Source of the DNA: a virus
Taxonomy: Duplodnaviria > Caudoviricetes
Strand: one strand, 5' to 3'
DNA length: 62,934 bases
Virus record (IMG/VR): IMGVR_UViG_3300029309_000024
Span: 1-62,934 of that record
A program made the translations under genes and the position numbers. The notes beneath the pieces are model-generated. The model was not told the origin of the DNA and searched no databases. It was given only the letters and a program-made list of their open reading frames with translations. Shown here piece by piece: positions 39,223 to 48,850 of the stretch (its first letter is position 1; each line of letters opens with the position of its first letter).

Positions 39223-42200
39223 ATGAGAGAATTAAATTTAGCTGTTGATTCTTTAGACCCTATAGAAGATTCGGAAGAAAATAAAAAAAGGCCTAAAGAT
39301 AATAAAACAGCATCTGAAATTACTTCTTCGGGACAATCATTATTTCACCCAGATATAGAATCAGCTACTGTGCCTCTTGATGAGGTTATAGTAAAAGAAA
39401 AGTTAACACCTTTTGCAAAAGAAAATATAGAATGGAATAATTTTTATAATACAGAAGAAAGAATAAATGATTTAATTCAACAAAATGGTGAAGGTTTTAT
39501 ACCTGAAGCTACACCTAGTTTTGTTAATATATCTATAAGAGATAAGATTTTAAAATATGAAGATGAAATAAAAAATGTTAATATTGATCAAGGAATCGGA
39601 ATTAGTGATGAAGCGTATCAAGATATTTTTAATTCTGTTTTAAATAATCATACTGCATTAAAAAAAGTTAGAGATGGTATATTAGGAACAGCTCAAAAAG
39701 ATTTTAACAATGCCGTTAATTTAAGATTTAATGAAGAAATAAAATCTTGGAATCAATCAGAGCAAGGGCAAAGATTAACTGATTTACAAAAAACATATGG
39801 TCCTGGTCTTGAAAATTTAACTAGGGGAGATGAAAATAGACAAGAAATTATAAATGAATATAATAGTTTGATTAAAGGGTTTAATGATACTATTGTGCCT
39901 AAGCATGAACAAATTCAAAAAGATGTTAATGAAGAAATGAATTTAGATAGCTATTATAATAATCATGTTGCTTTAAATAAAGAATTTGCTAACATTAAAA
40001 ATTTAATAGGGGAAGCTTTAACTGGGTACAATAGAAATCTTAACAGAGAAGCATTGGATATAGATGGAGGTTTAGGTGATTTTTTTGAAAAAGGTAAATT
40101 AACAATTAAATCGGGTAAAACTAAAAATGCTTTTATATTTGCTAATGAAGATTACAAAAAAGCTTTAAATGAATTACAAAATTTAGAAAATAAAGAAAAT
40201 AACGATTTAGTTGAAATAAATTCAATATCTAATGTGTCTTCAAATGATTTTAAATTTGAAACAATAACTGTGCCACAGGGCTCTCCTATAATAAAAGCTA
40301 CCGTGCCAGTAGAACAGGCAAGAAAATATTTTAATAAAGTTGCAAAAGAAAAACAAAAAGAATCATTATCTTTAGTTGCGGACGCAAGTGAGCTAGATAG
40401 AGTAATATCTTTTTATGATAAAGTTGAAATAAATAGTTTGCAAGATTTTTTTCAAAACTCATTAAAAGCTGGCGCAGAACAACTACCGCAAATGTGGTCT
40501 ATGGTAACCTCTTTGGGCACATCTGTATATTTACAAGAATCTGGTAATAATTATTATGAGCAACTTGAAGATTTTGTTGTAGAAAATGAAAAAGAAGTTT
40601 TACAACAATTAAGAGAAACTGGTAAACAAGATACAAAAAATAATAGATTATTAGCGGCATCTGAACTAGGAGCGGGTAATGCTGCACTTTCTCAAGCGGT
40701 TGGAATAGTTAATACAGGTGTTGAGGCTTTAGAATATGGGGCTTTAATTGCTGGTTTAGGTGGTAAATTTAGCGCAATGTTTCTTAAAGAGCTTTACGAA
40801 GGCTCTATGAAAAAATTAATTGATGCTGGGTTAACAATTTCAGCAACATCATTAGTTAGTGGTTCACAAGAAATTATTCAGTCAGGTGTTTCTACTAAAG
40901 CAAGACAAATAGCTTCAGATTCAAATAGATCGTTTTTTGAGTACACAAAGCCAAAAGAATTTAAACAAGAGTTTTTAATAGGTGCTTCGGCAATATTACC
41001 TATATCTATAGGAACTATATCCGTAAAAGAAGTATATAGCCAAATACAAAAAGAAATATCTAAAAAGCCTAACTTAAAAACCAGAGATTTTATTGTTAAT
41101 TTACAATCCAGTCTTGAACAAAGTTTCGCTAATCAAGAAATTACAGAAGAAGAATATTTAGATGGTAGAGAAAAAATTGCACAACTTCAAGAGTTAGATA
41201 GAAAAATTCCAAACACTATAAAAGGTGAGGATAAAATAAAAGCAGCAGAATTATTAAATGAAAAAAGTAAGCTTGTAAAAGAAAAAGAACAAATAGAGCA
41301 AGGATTAAGCCAAGAAATAGATTTGGAGTTACAAGACATTGATAACAAAATATCTGAAATAGGAGAAAAACAAGTTACAGATAAAAAAGCTATTAGTGAA
41401 AAAAATATTAAAATTGCTGAAACTAATAAAGAGTTAATGGCAATTATAAAAGATCCTAATTCTAGTGAAACTGCTATAAAAAAAGCTAAAAATGATATAG
41501 CTAAAAACAATGAAGGGTTAATTAATAATATAGTAAACAGAAAATTTGATCCTACTAAAGACACAGGATTAACAAGAGAAGATTTACTTTCAGGTGTTAA
41601 TGAAATATTTTCAGAAGCTGTAAAAACTTTTAATCCAGAAAAAGGAGAGTTTGGGGCATATGCGAATCAATTAATTAATTTAAGATTACCCCGTATATTT
41701 GATGAGTTTGTTGAAACTAAAGTAAATGAAAAAACAGGTAAAAAAGAAATTATTGGTAGAAAAGATATATCAGATATTCAAGTTGAAGGTGAAACAACTC
41801 AACCTTCCTTTGCTTTAAAACCAGAAACAAAAACAAGTTTAAAAAATAAATTATTTACAGCAAAATTAGGTTTTGATAAAAAGCTTATACCGGGTAATAC
41901 AAATAAAACTTTTGCAGATCTTTTTATTGATGCGGTTGGTAAAACATTACAAACTAAATTACCAGATATAACAAATGAAAAACAATTTAAAAAAGATTTT
42001 ACAAAAAAGAATCAAGCTGAAGTAATTCCTATTTTACAGGAATTAACTAAAAAAGATAAAGATACAGGGGTTGATAATTTTAAAATATTTCTTGATCAAA
42101 ATTTTGATGCTATAATAAAACAATTACCTCAGAGTGTTATAAATAAAAAATATCCTATGTTAAGAGAAGCCGTTCTTGACGAAGATGGTAGGCAAAAAAG

Positions 42201-45200
42201 AGAAGGAACAAAAGAAGGTAAAGGTATTTTCAAAAGAGTTGAGCAAGAAAAATCTGATTTTATAGATTACTTTACAGCAGCCGAAGACAAGGTAACGGGT
42301 AAAAAAATTGGCTCAAGCACAAGAAGTGATAGAAAACAATCATTATTAAGAACAATAGCCGATGAACTTTCAGCGGATGCTGCATTAGATGTTATAAAGG
42401 ATAAAAACATTACAGATAAATTTAAAGAAATACAAGAGTTACAAGGCGCAAAAGTACCAGAAGATTTTTTAGATAGGCTTGTTAATTTAATTGATAGAGG
42501 AATAGACTATCTTGATAGAATGCAAAATAACAGTTCTTTAAGAGTAGGTTTTGTTTTACCTGAATTAGCAATGGCTTTTCTTAAAAATGTTTTAAAGTTT
42601 TTAAAAGTAGGTATAAAAGCTGGGCAAGAGTTTGCTAGTTCTTTAGATTCAGCTGTTGAAGAAGCTGCAAAAGAACCAGATTCTCAATTAAGAAATAATG
42701 AAGAAATTGACGCAGTTAAAAAAGTTGCTGCTAAAAATTTTAAAAGCGAAAAAGATTTAACTGACGCTAAAATAAATAAAACTACTAAAGAAGTAGGTGG
42801 TGCAATTTTTCAAGACAGATTAATACGTGGCTTAGAAAATACTATTTTTCCATATATAGGTGCTAAGCTAAGTGGTATTAAAAATCCAGAACTAAGAAGA
42901 ATTAAAGCTACTAATTTACTTAGTAATTTAACAAGAGGTATTTCTTGGTCAGCTGATTATCTTAAAAAGAGTAAAACTCCTAAAGGTAAAAAATTAACTA
43001 AATTAGCTTTTAATAAAAACATTTTAACTGAATTAAAAAAAGTGTTGCCTAAAGACTATTTTGGAAAAGATGCAATAAATATTAAGGGTAATAAATTTTA
43101 TTATGGTTCTGAAAAAATTCAAAATATTCAATTCACAGAAGCAGGTAATATTATAAGAAGAGGTAAAAAAGCTTTTGATGATGCTGTTGAAAGAAGTTAT
43201 CAAGCTAAACAACAAGGATTAGAATTTTTAATTAATTTAAGGGCAGATGTTGAAGCTGGTATTATTGACGAAAACACAGCTGAAGATTTAATAGATATTG
43301 CTAAAAATAATCAAAAGGGTATTATTAGAAGAATGGCTTTACCTAATATATTATTTGATTATAAAGAAGGAACTAAATATATAGCGGAACATGATTCTCC
43401 TATGAATGATTTAATTGAAAATTTCATAAAACCTTATATTAAAGGAAAAGTTAATTTAGATAAATTAAAAAATGAAATTGATAATCAAAGAGTAAACTAT
43501 GTTTCTGTAGCATTTAATGATGCAATTCCTACTGAGTTTAAAGATAAAAAATCAGATAAAAGATATAATAACCCTTTAAGAGAGTTTAAAGGACAATATA
43601 CTGAATTTAATCCAATTAATTTAAAAGAAAAAGAATTAAGAGAAAGAATAACTATTTTAACTGAAAATTTAATAAAAGGTGATTTAAAAAATCTTACAGA
43701 GGGCCAGGCTATATCATTAGGCAAGAAAGCTAATAGATTTAAAATTATTTTACCTTATGGCGCTGAAGATTTATTGGGTCTCATTTATCCTTTATTAAGA
43801 AAAGGAAAATTAGGCGATGAAGATTTAAAGTTTTTTAAAGAAAATTTATTTGATCCTTTAAAAGATGCTTTTAATAGATATGATTCAGCTAAATTAGATG
43901 GAATGGTTCAATTAAGAGCTATTAAAGAAGAATTAAAAGAAATAGGGTTAAATTTGCAAGAAGTTGCTTTTGATAATATTTCACAAGATAACGCAATTAG
44001 AATTCATTTATGGTCAACAAGAGGGTATAAAATACCAGATGGCCCTAATGATGTTTTATCAGAATCGCAAATAGAAAAAGCAAATCAATGGGTTAGGCAA
44101 AATTTAGAAGCATTAAATATAAAAGAAATAATTGAGGGCGCTTATGAGGGGCGTATGTATCCTGAACCGGGAAATAATTGGAGAGGAGAAACATTAACAA
44201 CAGATTTACTTAAAAGTTATAATGTTACAATTAGAAGAGAATATTTTGCAGACTTTTTTAAAATAGTTGAAGCAATGTTTGGTGAAAGAAAAAATAATCA
44301 AATAACAGGTGAGATTGCTAATAATTTAACAGCTAAATTAGGGACAAACTGGGCGGACGCATTTAATAACATGTTAACTAGGATAGAAACAGGTAGACAT
44401 AGAAATATGCCCACGGATAAATATTCTAATGCTTTTACTAATTGGATTAACTCTGCTGTTTCTACTATTATGTTTGTGAATACTAGATCTGTATTATTAC
44501 AAACAATATCTAATTTAAATTTTATAAACGGAACTGATAACAATGTTTTTTCTGTTGCTGCTGCTTATGGTAATGTAAAACAATTTGTAGCTGATTTCCA
44601 TAAAATATTTTATTCAGACTTTTTAAAATCAAGAAGATCTGGTTTAAAAATTGATGTTAATTTAGATGAATTAAGTCAAGCGGCTGAAGGTAATAATGCT
44701 AATAGAGCAGAAGCTATGTTAGCAGCTTTACTTAAAAAAGGTTTTTATCCTACTCAAATGGCAGATAGTTTTGCTATTGCTTTTGGAGGAGCGCCGTTTT
44801 TAAGGAACAGAACAAAAACTTATCAAAAAGAAGGTTTTAGTTTAGAAGAAGCAGAACAAAAAGCTTTTGGTGATATGAGAGAATTAGCTGAAGAATCTCA
44901 ACAATCCTCAAGACAAGACAAAATTTCTATGCAGCAAGCTAGCGGTATAGGTAAACTTATATTAGCTTTTCAAAATTACCCTATGCAAGCAACAAGAATA
45001 CAAAAAAGAGCTGTTCAAGATTTATTAGCTAATAGAGGTAATCCTGTAAAAAACGTAAGAAGAATATTATATTACGGAGCTTTACAAAATGTTTTATTCC
45101 ACTTTTTACAATCTGCAGCATTTTATGTATTTATAAATAAAGACGAATTAAAAGACGAAGAAGAAGAAAAAAGATTATATGGAATATTAAACAGAATGGC

Positions 45201-45699
45201 TGACACTATATTAGCGGGAAGTGGATTTAATGGTGTTATTGCCGCTTCTATAAAAAATGTAGTATTAGAATTAGCAGATGAATTTTCTGAAGATGGTCAA
45301 AAAAATACTAGAGAAGCTTTAATAAGATCAACAGCATTTTCTCCACCTATAAATAGTAAATTAAGAAAAGTTAATTCCGCATTTCAAAGATTTGAAAGAA
45401 AACAAGAAAGAGAAAAAATGGGTGATTTAAGTTTTGAAAATCCTTTTCTTAAATCATCAACGGAACTTATAGAAGCTGCTACTAATTTACCAGCTAATAG
45501 GGTGTTAAGAAAAGTTGAAAATGTTAAGTTAGCTTTAGACAAAGAAACTGATTTTTGGAGATCATTATTTTTAACAATGGGATATAATAAATATGATCTA
45601 TTTATGTATGATTTTCAAAAAGATGGAGAAGACACAACATTTAGAAAAAGAAAACCATTAAAAGAAAGAAAAGAAAGAAAACCATTAAAAACAAATTAA
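39223..45699 (+). CDS. Large internal virion (ejection-like) protein with embedded sigma70 region-2-like segment
   Basis: 2158 aa at the end of the tail module; residues ~750-830 read NNEGLINNIVNRKF...LTREDLLSGVNEIFSEAVKTFNPEKGEFGAYANQLINLRL. Confidence 0.75.
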   Translation: MRELNLAVDSLDPIEDSEENKKRPKDNKTASEITSSGQSLFHPDIESATVPLDEVIVKEKLTPFAKENIEWNNFYNTEERINDLIQQNGEGFIPEATPSFVNISIRDKILKYEDEIKNVNIDQGIGISDEAYQDIFNSVLNNHTALKKVRDGILGTAQKDFNNAVNLRFNEEIKSWNQSEQGQRLTDLQKTYGPGLENLTRGDENRQEIINEYNSLIKGFNDTIVPKHEQIQKDVNEEMNLDSYYNNHVALNKEFANIKNLIGEALTGYNRNLNREALDIDGGLGDFFEKGKLTIKSGKTKNAFIFANEDYKKALNELQNLENKENNDLVEINSISNVSSNDFKFETITVPQGSPIIKATVPVEQARKYFNKVAKEKQKESLSLVADASELDRVISFYDKVEINSLQDFFQNSLKAGAEQLPQMWSMVTSLGTSVYLQESGNNYYEQLEDFVVENEKEVLQQLRETGKQDTKNNRLLAASELGAGNAALSQAVGIVNTGVEALEYGALIAGLGGKFSAMFLKELYEGSMKKLIDAGLTISATSLVSGSQEIIQSGVSTKARQIASDSNRSFFEYTKPKEFKQEFLIGASAILPISIGTISVKEVYSQIQKEISKKPNLKTRDFIVNLQSSLEQSFANQEITEEEYLDGREKIAQLQELDRKIPNTIKGEDKIKAAELLNEKSKLVKEKEQIEQGLSQEIDLELQDIDNKISEIGEKQVTDKKAISEKNIKIAETNKELMAIIKDPNSSETAIKKAKNDIAKNNEGLINNIVNRKFDPTKDTGLTREDLLSGVNEIFSEAVKTFNPEKGEFGAYANQLINLRLPRIFDEFVETKVNEKTGKKEIIGRKDISDIQVEGETTQPSFALKPETKTSLKNKLFTAKLGFDKKLIPGNTNKTFADLFIDAVGKTLQTKLPDITNEKQFKKDFTKKNQAEVIPILQELTKKDKDTGVDNFKIFLDQNFDAIIKQLPQSVINKKYPMLREAVLDEDGRQKREGTKEGKGIFKRVEQEKSDFIDYFTAAEDKVTGKKIGSSTRSDRKQSLLRTIADELSADAALDVIKDKNITDKFKEIQELQGAKVPEDFLDRLVNLIDRGIDYLDRMQNNSSLRVGFVLPELAMAFLKNVLKFLKVGIKAGQEFASSLDSAVEEAAKEPDSQLRNNEEIDAVKKVAAKNFKSEKDLTDAKINKTTKEVGGAIFQDRLIRGLENTIFPYIGAKLSGIKNPELRRIKATNLLSNLTRGISWSADYLKKSKTPKGKKLTKLAFNKNILTELKKVLPKDYFGKDAINIKGNKFYYGSEKIQNIQFTEAGNIIRRGKKAFDDAVERSYQAKQQGLEFLINLRADVEAGIIDENTAEDLIDIAKNNQKGIIRRMALPNILFDYKEGTKYIAEHDSPMNDLIENFIKPYIKGKVNLDKLKNEIDNQRVNYVSVAFNDAIPTEFKDKKSDKRYNNPLREFKGQYTEFNPINLKEKELRERITILTENLIKGDLKNLTEGQAISLGKKANRFKIILPYGAEDLLGLIYPLLRKGKLGDEDLKFFKENLFDPLKDAFNRYDSAKLDGMVQLRAIKEELKEIGLNLQEVAFDNISQDNAIRIHLWSTRGYKIPDGPNDVLSESQIEKANQWVRQNLEALNIKEIIEGAYEGRMYPEPGNNWRGETLTTDLLKSYNVTIRREYFADFFKIVEAMFGERKNNQITGEIANNLTAKLGTNWADAFNNMLTRIETGRHRNMPTDKYSNAFTNWINSAVSTIMFVNTRSVLLQTISNLNFINGTDNNVFSVAAAYGNVKQFVADFHKIFYSDFLKSRRSGLKIDVNLDELSQAAEGNNANRAEAMLAALLKKGFYPTQMADSFAIAFGGAPFLRNRTKTYQKEGFSLEEAEQKAFGDMRELAEESQQSSRQDKISMQQASGIGKLILAFQNYPMQATRIQKRAVQDLLANRGNPVKNVRRILYYGALQNVLFHFLQSAAFYVFINKDELKDEEEEKRLYGILNRMADTILAGSGFNGVIAASIKNVVLELADEFSEDGQKNTREALIRSTAFSPPINSKLRKVNSAFQRFERKQEREKMGDLSFENPFLKSSTELIEAATNLPANRVLRKVENVKLALDKETDFWRSLFLTMGYNKYDLFMYDFQKDGEDTTFRKRKPLKERKERKPLKTN

Positions 45700-45701
45700 T
45701 T

Positions 45702-45839
45702 ATGCCAAAAGATGCGTGTTATCACAAAGTAAAAGCTCGTTATAGAGTATTCCCATCTGCATATGCAAGTGGAGCAATAGCAAAATGCCGTAAAGTCGGT
45801 GCTGCTAATTATGGAAACAAATCAAAAAAGAAAAAATAA
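45702..45839 (+). CDS. Tiny basic protein (45 aa)
   Basis: MPKDACYHKVKARYRVFPSAYASGAIAKCRK... Confidence 0.7.
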   Translation: MPKDACYHKVKARYRVFPSAYASGAIAKCRKVGAANYGNKSKKKK

Positions 45840-46015
45840 TGAAAATTAAAGGAATAGATGTTACTTGTTTATCTAAACAACAACAAAAAACAATGAAGGC
45901 TCATTCAAAACATCATACAGGAAAACATATTAAAAATATGGTAAATAAAATGTGTGGTAAAGATAAAATGAGTTTTACTAAATCTCATAAATCTGCAATG
46001 AAAATTGGGAAATAA
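45839..46015 (+). CDS. Tiny basic His-rich protein (58 aa)
   Basis: MKIKGIDVTCLSKQQQKTMKAHSKHHTGKHI...; coupled on both sides. Confidence 0.65.
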   Translation: MKIKGIDVTCLSKQQQKTMKAHSKHHTGKHIKNMVNKMCGKDKMSFTKSHKSAMKIGK

Positions 46016-46290
46016 TGGCTGTTAGAAAAACTAAAGAAGGGGCACAACTTAAACGATGGTTTAAAGAAAAATGGATAGATGTGCGAACTGGCAAGCCTTG
46101 CGGTAGACGTAAAGGTGAAAAGAGGGGCACACCTTACTGTAGACCTAGTAAAAGAATATCTAGTAAAACAGTAAAGACTGCTTCTGAAATGAGTTCATCT
46201 GAAAAAGCTAAAAAGATTAGAGAAAAGAAAAGACTAGGGCAGCCAGCAGGTAAACCTAGAAGAGTTTCAAACACTAAAAGAAGAAAGTAG
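46015..46290 (+). CDS. Small basic protein (DUF5872-like)
   Basis: LKRWFKEKWIDV...CGR...PYCRP. Confidence 0.7.
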   Translation: MAVRKTKEGAQLKRWFKEKWIDVRTGKPCGRRKGEKRGTPYCRPSKRISSKTVKTASEMSSSEKAKKIREKKRLGQPAGKPRRVSNTKRRK

Positions 46291-46291
46291 T

Positions 46292-46753
46292 ATGGAAAAT
46301 ATAAGTAAGCATGTTTCTTATAAAGAAGGCACTCGATCTGTTACAGCTATAAGAAAGGGAATAGAAAATACGCCTACTGATTATCAACTTTCAAACATGG
46401 AAGCAATAGCTCATAATATATTTGAGCCATTACGTGAATGGGTTGGCGGTCCGATAAAAATAAATTCATTTTTTAGATCACCTGAATTGAATAAAGCTAT
46501 TGGGGGGAGTGGTAAATCACAGCATTGTCAAGGCAGAGCAATTGATATAGATGATACATACGGGCATAAAACAAATGCTGAAATGTATGAATACATAAAA
46601 AATAATTTAAATTTTGATCAAATGATATGGGAGTTTGGAACTGATGATAACCCAGATTGGGTGCATATAAGTTATGTAGGTGAAGATGAAAATAGAAATA
46701 GGTGTTTGAAAGCAGAAAGAAAAGATGGAAAAACAGTGTATAGCATTATATAA
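46292..46753 (+). CDS. Peptidase M15A-family endolysin
   Basis: NSFFRSPELNKAIGG...SQHCQGRAID...WVHISY zinc-peptidase motifs. Confidence 0.9.
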   Translation: MENISKHVSYKEGTRSVTAIRKGIENTPTDYQLSNMEAIAHNIFEPLREWVGGPIKINSFFRSPELNKAIGGSGKSQHCQGRAIDIDDTYGHKTNAEMYEYIKNNLNFDQMIWEFGTDDNPDWVHISYVGEDENRNRCLKAERKDGKTVYSII

Positions 46754-46970
46754 AGCGCTTTTATTAGCTTTACTTGTTTTAACATTTACATCTTGTTACA
46801 CTATAAAATCTACAGTTGTAAATACGTTAGATAATACTTGGCCCTGGAATACTATAAAATACAAAGGGAACCAACAATTAGATTCCCTTCATATCTATAA
46901 ACAAAACAAAACTAACCATCACAGCTTAAGCAATCTGGATTCATTGCCTCAGCCGCAATATCGCCTCTGA
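46725..46970 (+). CDS. Putative lipoprotein (spanin-like candidate); 3' end overlaps nrdA
   Basis: Lipobox-like LLALLVLTFTSC immediately after the endolysin. Confidence 0.4.
   Translation: MEKQCIALYKALLLALLVLTFTSCYTIKSTVVNTLDNTWPWNTIKYKGNQQLDSLHIYKQNKTNHHSLSNLDSLPQPQYRL
46855..46890 (-). terminator. Terminator at the convergence of late and replication modules
   Basis: Minus strand GAAGGGAATC-TAATTGTT-GGTTCCCTTT-GTATTTT. Confidence 0.65.
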
Positions 46971-48654
46971 GAACACTTTCAGTTCTCATATAATATAAAG
47001 TTTTAATTCCTTTCTTCCAAGCATCCATATGAACTCTATTAATCCATCTAGGTTCAGCTTGTGAAGGAAACGCAAGATTTAAACTAACAGACTGATCTAT
47101 ATATGTTTGTCTTATTCCCGCTTGATTAACTAATTCTAGTTGATTTATTTCCTTAAACGTTTTAAAAACATTCTTAACAGGTTCTCCTTCATTTTCATTT
47201 AGTCTACCTGCTCCGTCAAAATACCAACCATCTAATTCTTTTATACCCTGTACAGAACCTTTATCTTTTAAAACTTTATCCCAAGTTTTTTGGTTATCTA
47301 TACTTAGCTTTCTAAATAACTTTTTTAATTCGTTATTCTTTCTTATAAATGTACCTTTAGCAGATTGTTCTGTAAATACATTAGCAGCCCAAGGTTCAAC
47401 GCCAGGTGATACATTACCCGATAATTTACTATTTGATACTGTTGGTGCGACTGCTCTTAAATGTGTGTTTCTCATTCCTGTACCTACACACCATAATGGT
47501 TCACCATAAACTTCAGCTAAATCTCTACTAGCTCTTTCAGTTTCTAATTTTAATTGTGAAAATATTTCTCTTGTTTTAAATTGTGCAAGCAATCCTTCAA
47601 AAGCAATTCCTTTTTGCTGTAAGTGTGTATGCCAACCTAATACTCCTAATCCTAGCGCTCTACCTTTTTCAGCAGATCTAACAGCATTATCAAAACCTTT
47701 CATATTTTTAGCACGTTGTATAAATTCAGATAACACTCCATCTAAAAACCACGTAGCATCATATATAAGATCACTATTTTTCCATTCATCATATTTAGCT
47801 AAGTTAACAGAAGATAAACAACATACAAAAGAATGTGACTCATCTGTATGCAATGTAATCTCAGAACATATATTAGTCATATGTACTTTTAAACTATTAT
47901 ACTTATATGCTTTTGGATTAGCTTTATTTGTGTTACCCTTAAACATTATATAAGGTTCACCTGTTGCTTTTCTTTTCTGTAACAACTTAGCCCATTTCTT
48001 TCTAGCCTCTGGTTGCCCTTCTTCAAGTCTTCTCATAAACTTATCACCAACAATAGCACATTGATGTAAATTTAAAGATTGTCTATTAACATCACCTTTA
48101 GGTTCTCTTATTTCTAACCAATCTAAAAAATCAGAGTGATCAATGTTTATATTAACTGATGCAGCGCCTCTTCTTACTGAACCTTGATTTGTAGCAAGTA
48201 TAGTAGAATCATATATTTTACAGAACGGTACAACACCATCTGAAGTTCCGTTACCCGCTATAGTAGCTCCAGCTGGTCTAATCATATTAACACCGATACC
48301 AACACCACCACCGTGTTTCGCAAGTAACATCATTTCAAGATTCTTATTACCTATATCCATAATACTATCAGCAACATCGATACCAAAACAACTTATAGGT
48401 AAACCTCTATCTGTTCCTGTGTTAGATAATACAGGTGAAGCTAAACACAACCATCCTTTCCATATATAATCAAAAAACTTATCTGCAAGTTCAGGTTTAT
48501 ATAATCTTCTAGCAACAGCTTTAGAAACTCTCATATAAGCTTCTTTTGGTGTTTCACCTTGTAATAGATAACCACCTGAAATAGTCTTCTTATATACGTC
48601 CGTATCGCCCCACGTGGGGTAATCTACACCTTTCTTCCAATCGTTATTCCACAT
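46912..48654 (-). CDS. nrdA: Class I ribonucleotide reductase alpha subunit (short, no ATP cone)
   Basis: ISCF, TNICSEI, VAPTVSNS, KTLYY and C-terminal CLSC. Confidence 0.95.
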   Translation of the reverse strand: MWNNDWKKGVDYPTWGDTDVYKKTISGGYLLQGETPKEAYMRVSKAVARRLYKPELADKFFDYIWKGWLCLASPVLSNTGTDRGLPISCFGIDVADSIMDIGNKNLEMMLLAKHGGGVGIGVNMIRPAGATIAGNGTSDGVVPFCKIYDSTILATNQGSVRRGAASVNINIDHSDFLDWLEIREPKGDVNRQSLNLHQCAIVGDKFMRRLEEGQPEARKKWAKLLQKRKATGEPYIMFKGNTNKANPKAYKYNSLKVHMTNICSEITLHTDESHSFVCCLSSVNLAKYDEWKNSDLIYDATWFLDGVLSEFIQRAKNMKGFDNAVRSAEKGRALGLGVLGWHTHLQQKGIAFEGLLAQFKTREIFSQLKLETERASRDLAEVYGEPLWCVGTGMRNTHLRAVAPTVSNSKLSGNVSPGVEPWAANVFTEQSAKGTFIRKNNELKKLFRKLSIDNQKTWDKVLKDKGSVQGIKELDGWYFDGAGRLNENEGEPVKNVFKTFKEINQLELVNQAGIRQTYIDQSVSLNLAFPSQAEPRWINRVHMDAWKKGIKTLYYMRTESVLRGDIAAEAMNPDCLSCDG

Positions 48655-48844
48655 CTTTTTCTTTTTCTTTCATTTGTTCCTCTAATTTCTTAATAGCCTC
48701 TTCATAATCTGGCATATTCTTAATAGTTTGTAAAGTGCCAACCGATAAATCTCTAAGATTAGTTAGCTCTTGTAGAACACCCTGCATTAAAGCACCTAGC
48801 TGTTCTATTTTTTTTCTCATTATAATTAATTCTGATTCTTTCAT
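48644..48844 (-). CDS. Small coiled-coil hypothetical protein between nrdB and nrdA
   Basis: 66-aa ORF, overlaps the nrdA start. Confidence 0.65.
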   Translation of the reverse strand: MKESELIIMRKKIEQLGALMQGVLQELTNLRDLSVGTLQTIKNMPDYEEAIKKLEEQMKEKEKDVE

Positions 48845-48850
48845 AATTAT

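Noticed and set aside
39223-45699. Virion RNA polymerase (crAss- or N4-type)
   Set aside because: No DxDxD/DFDID or T7-like polymerase motifs were noticed; only a sigma region-2-like segment.
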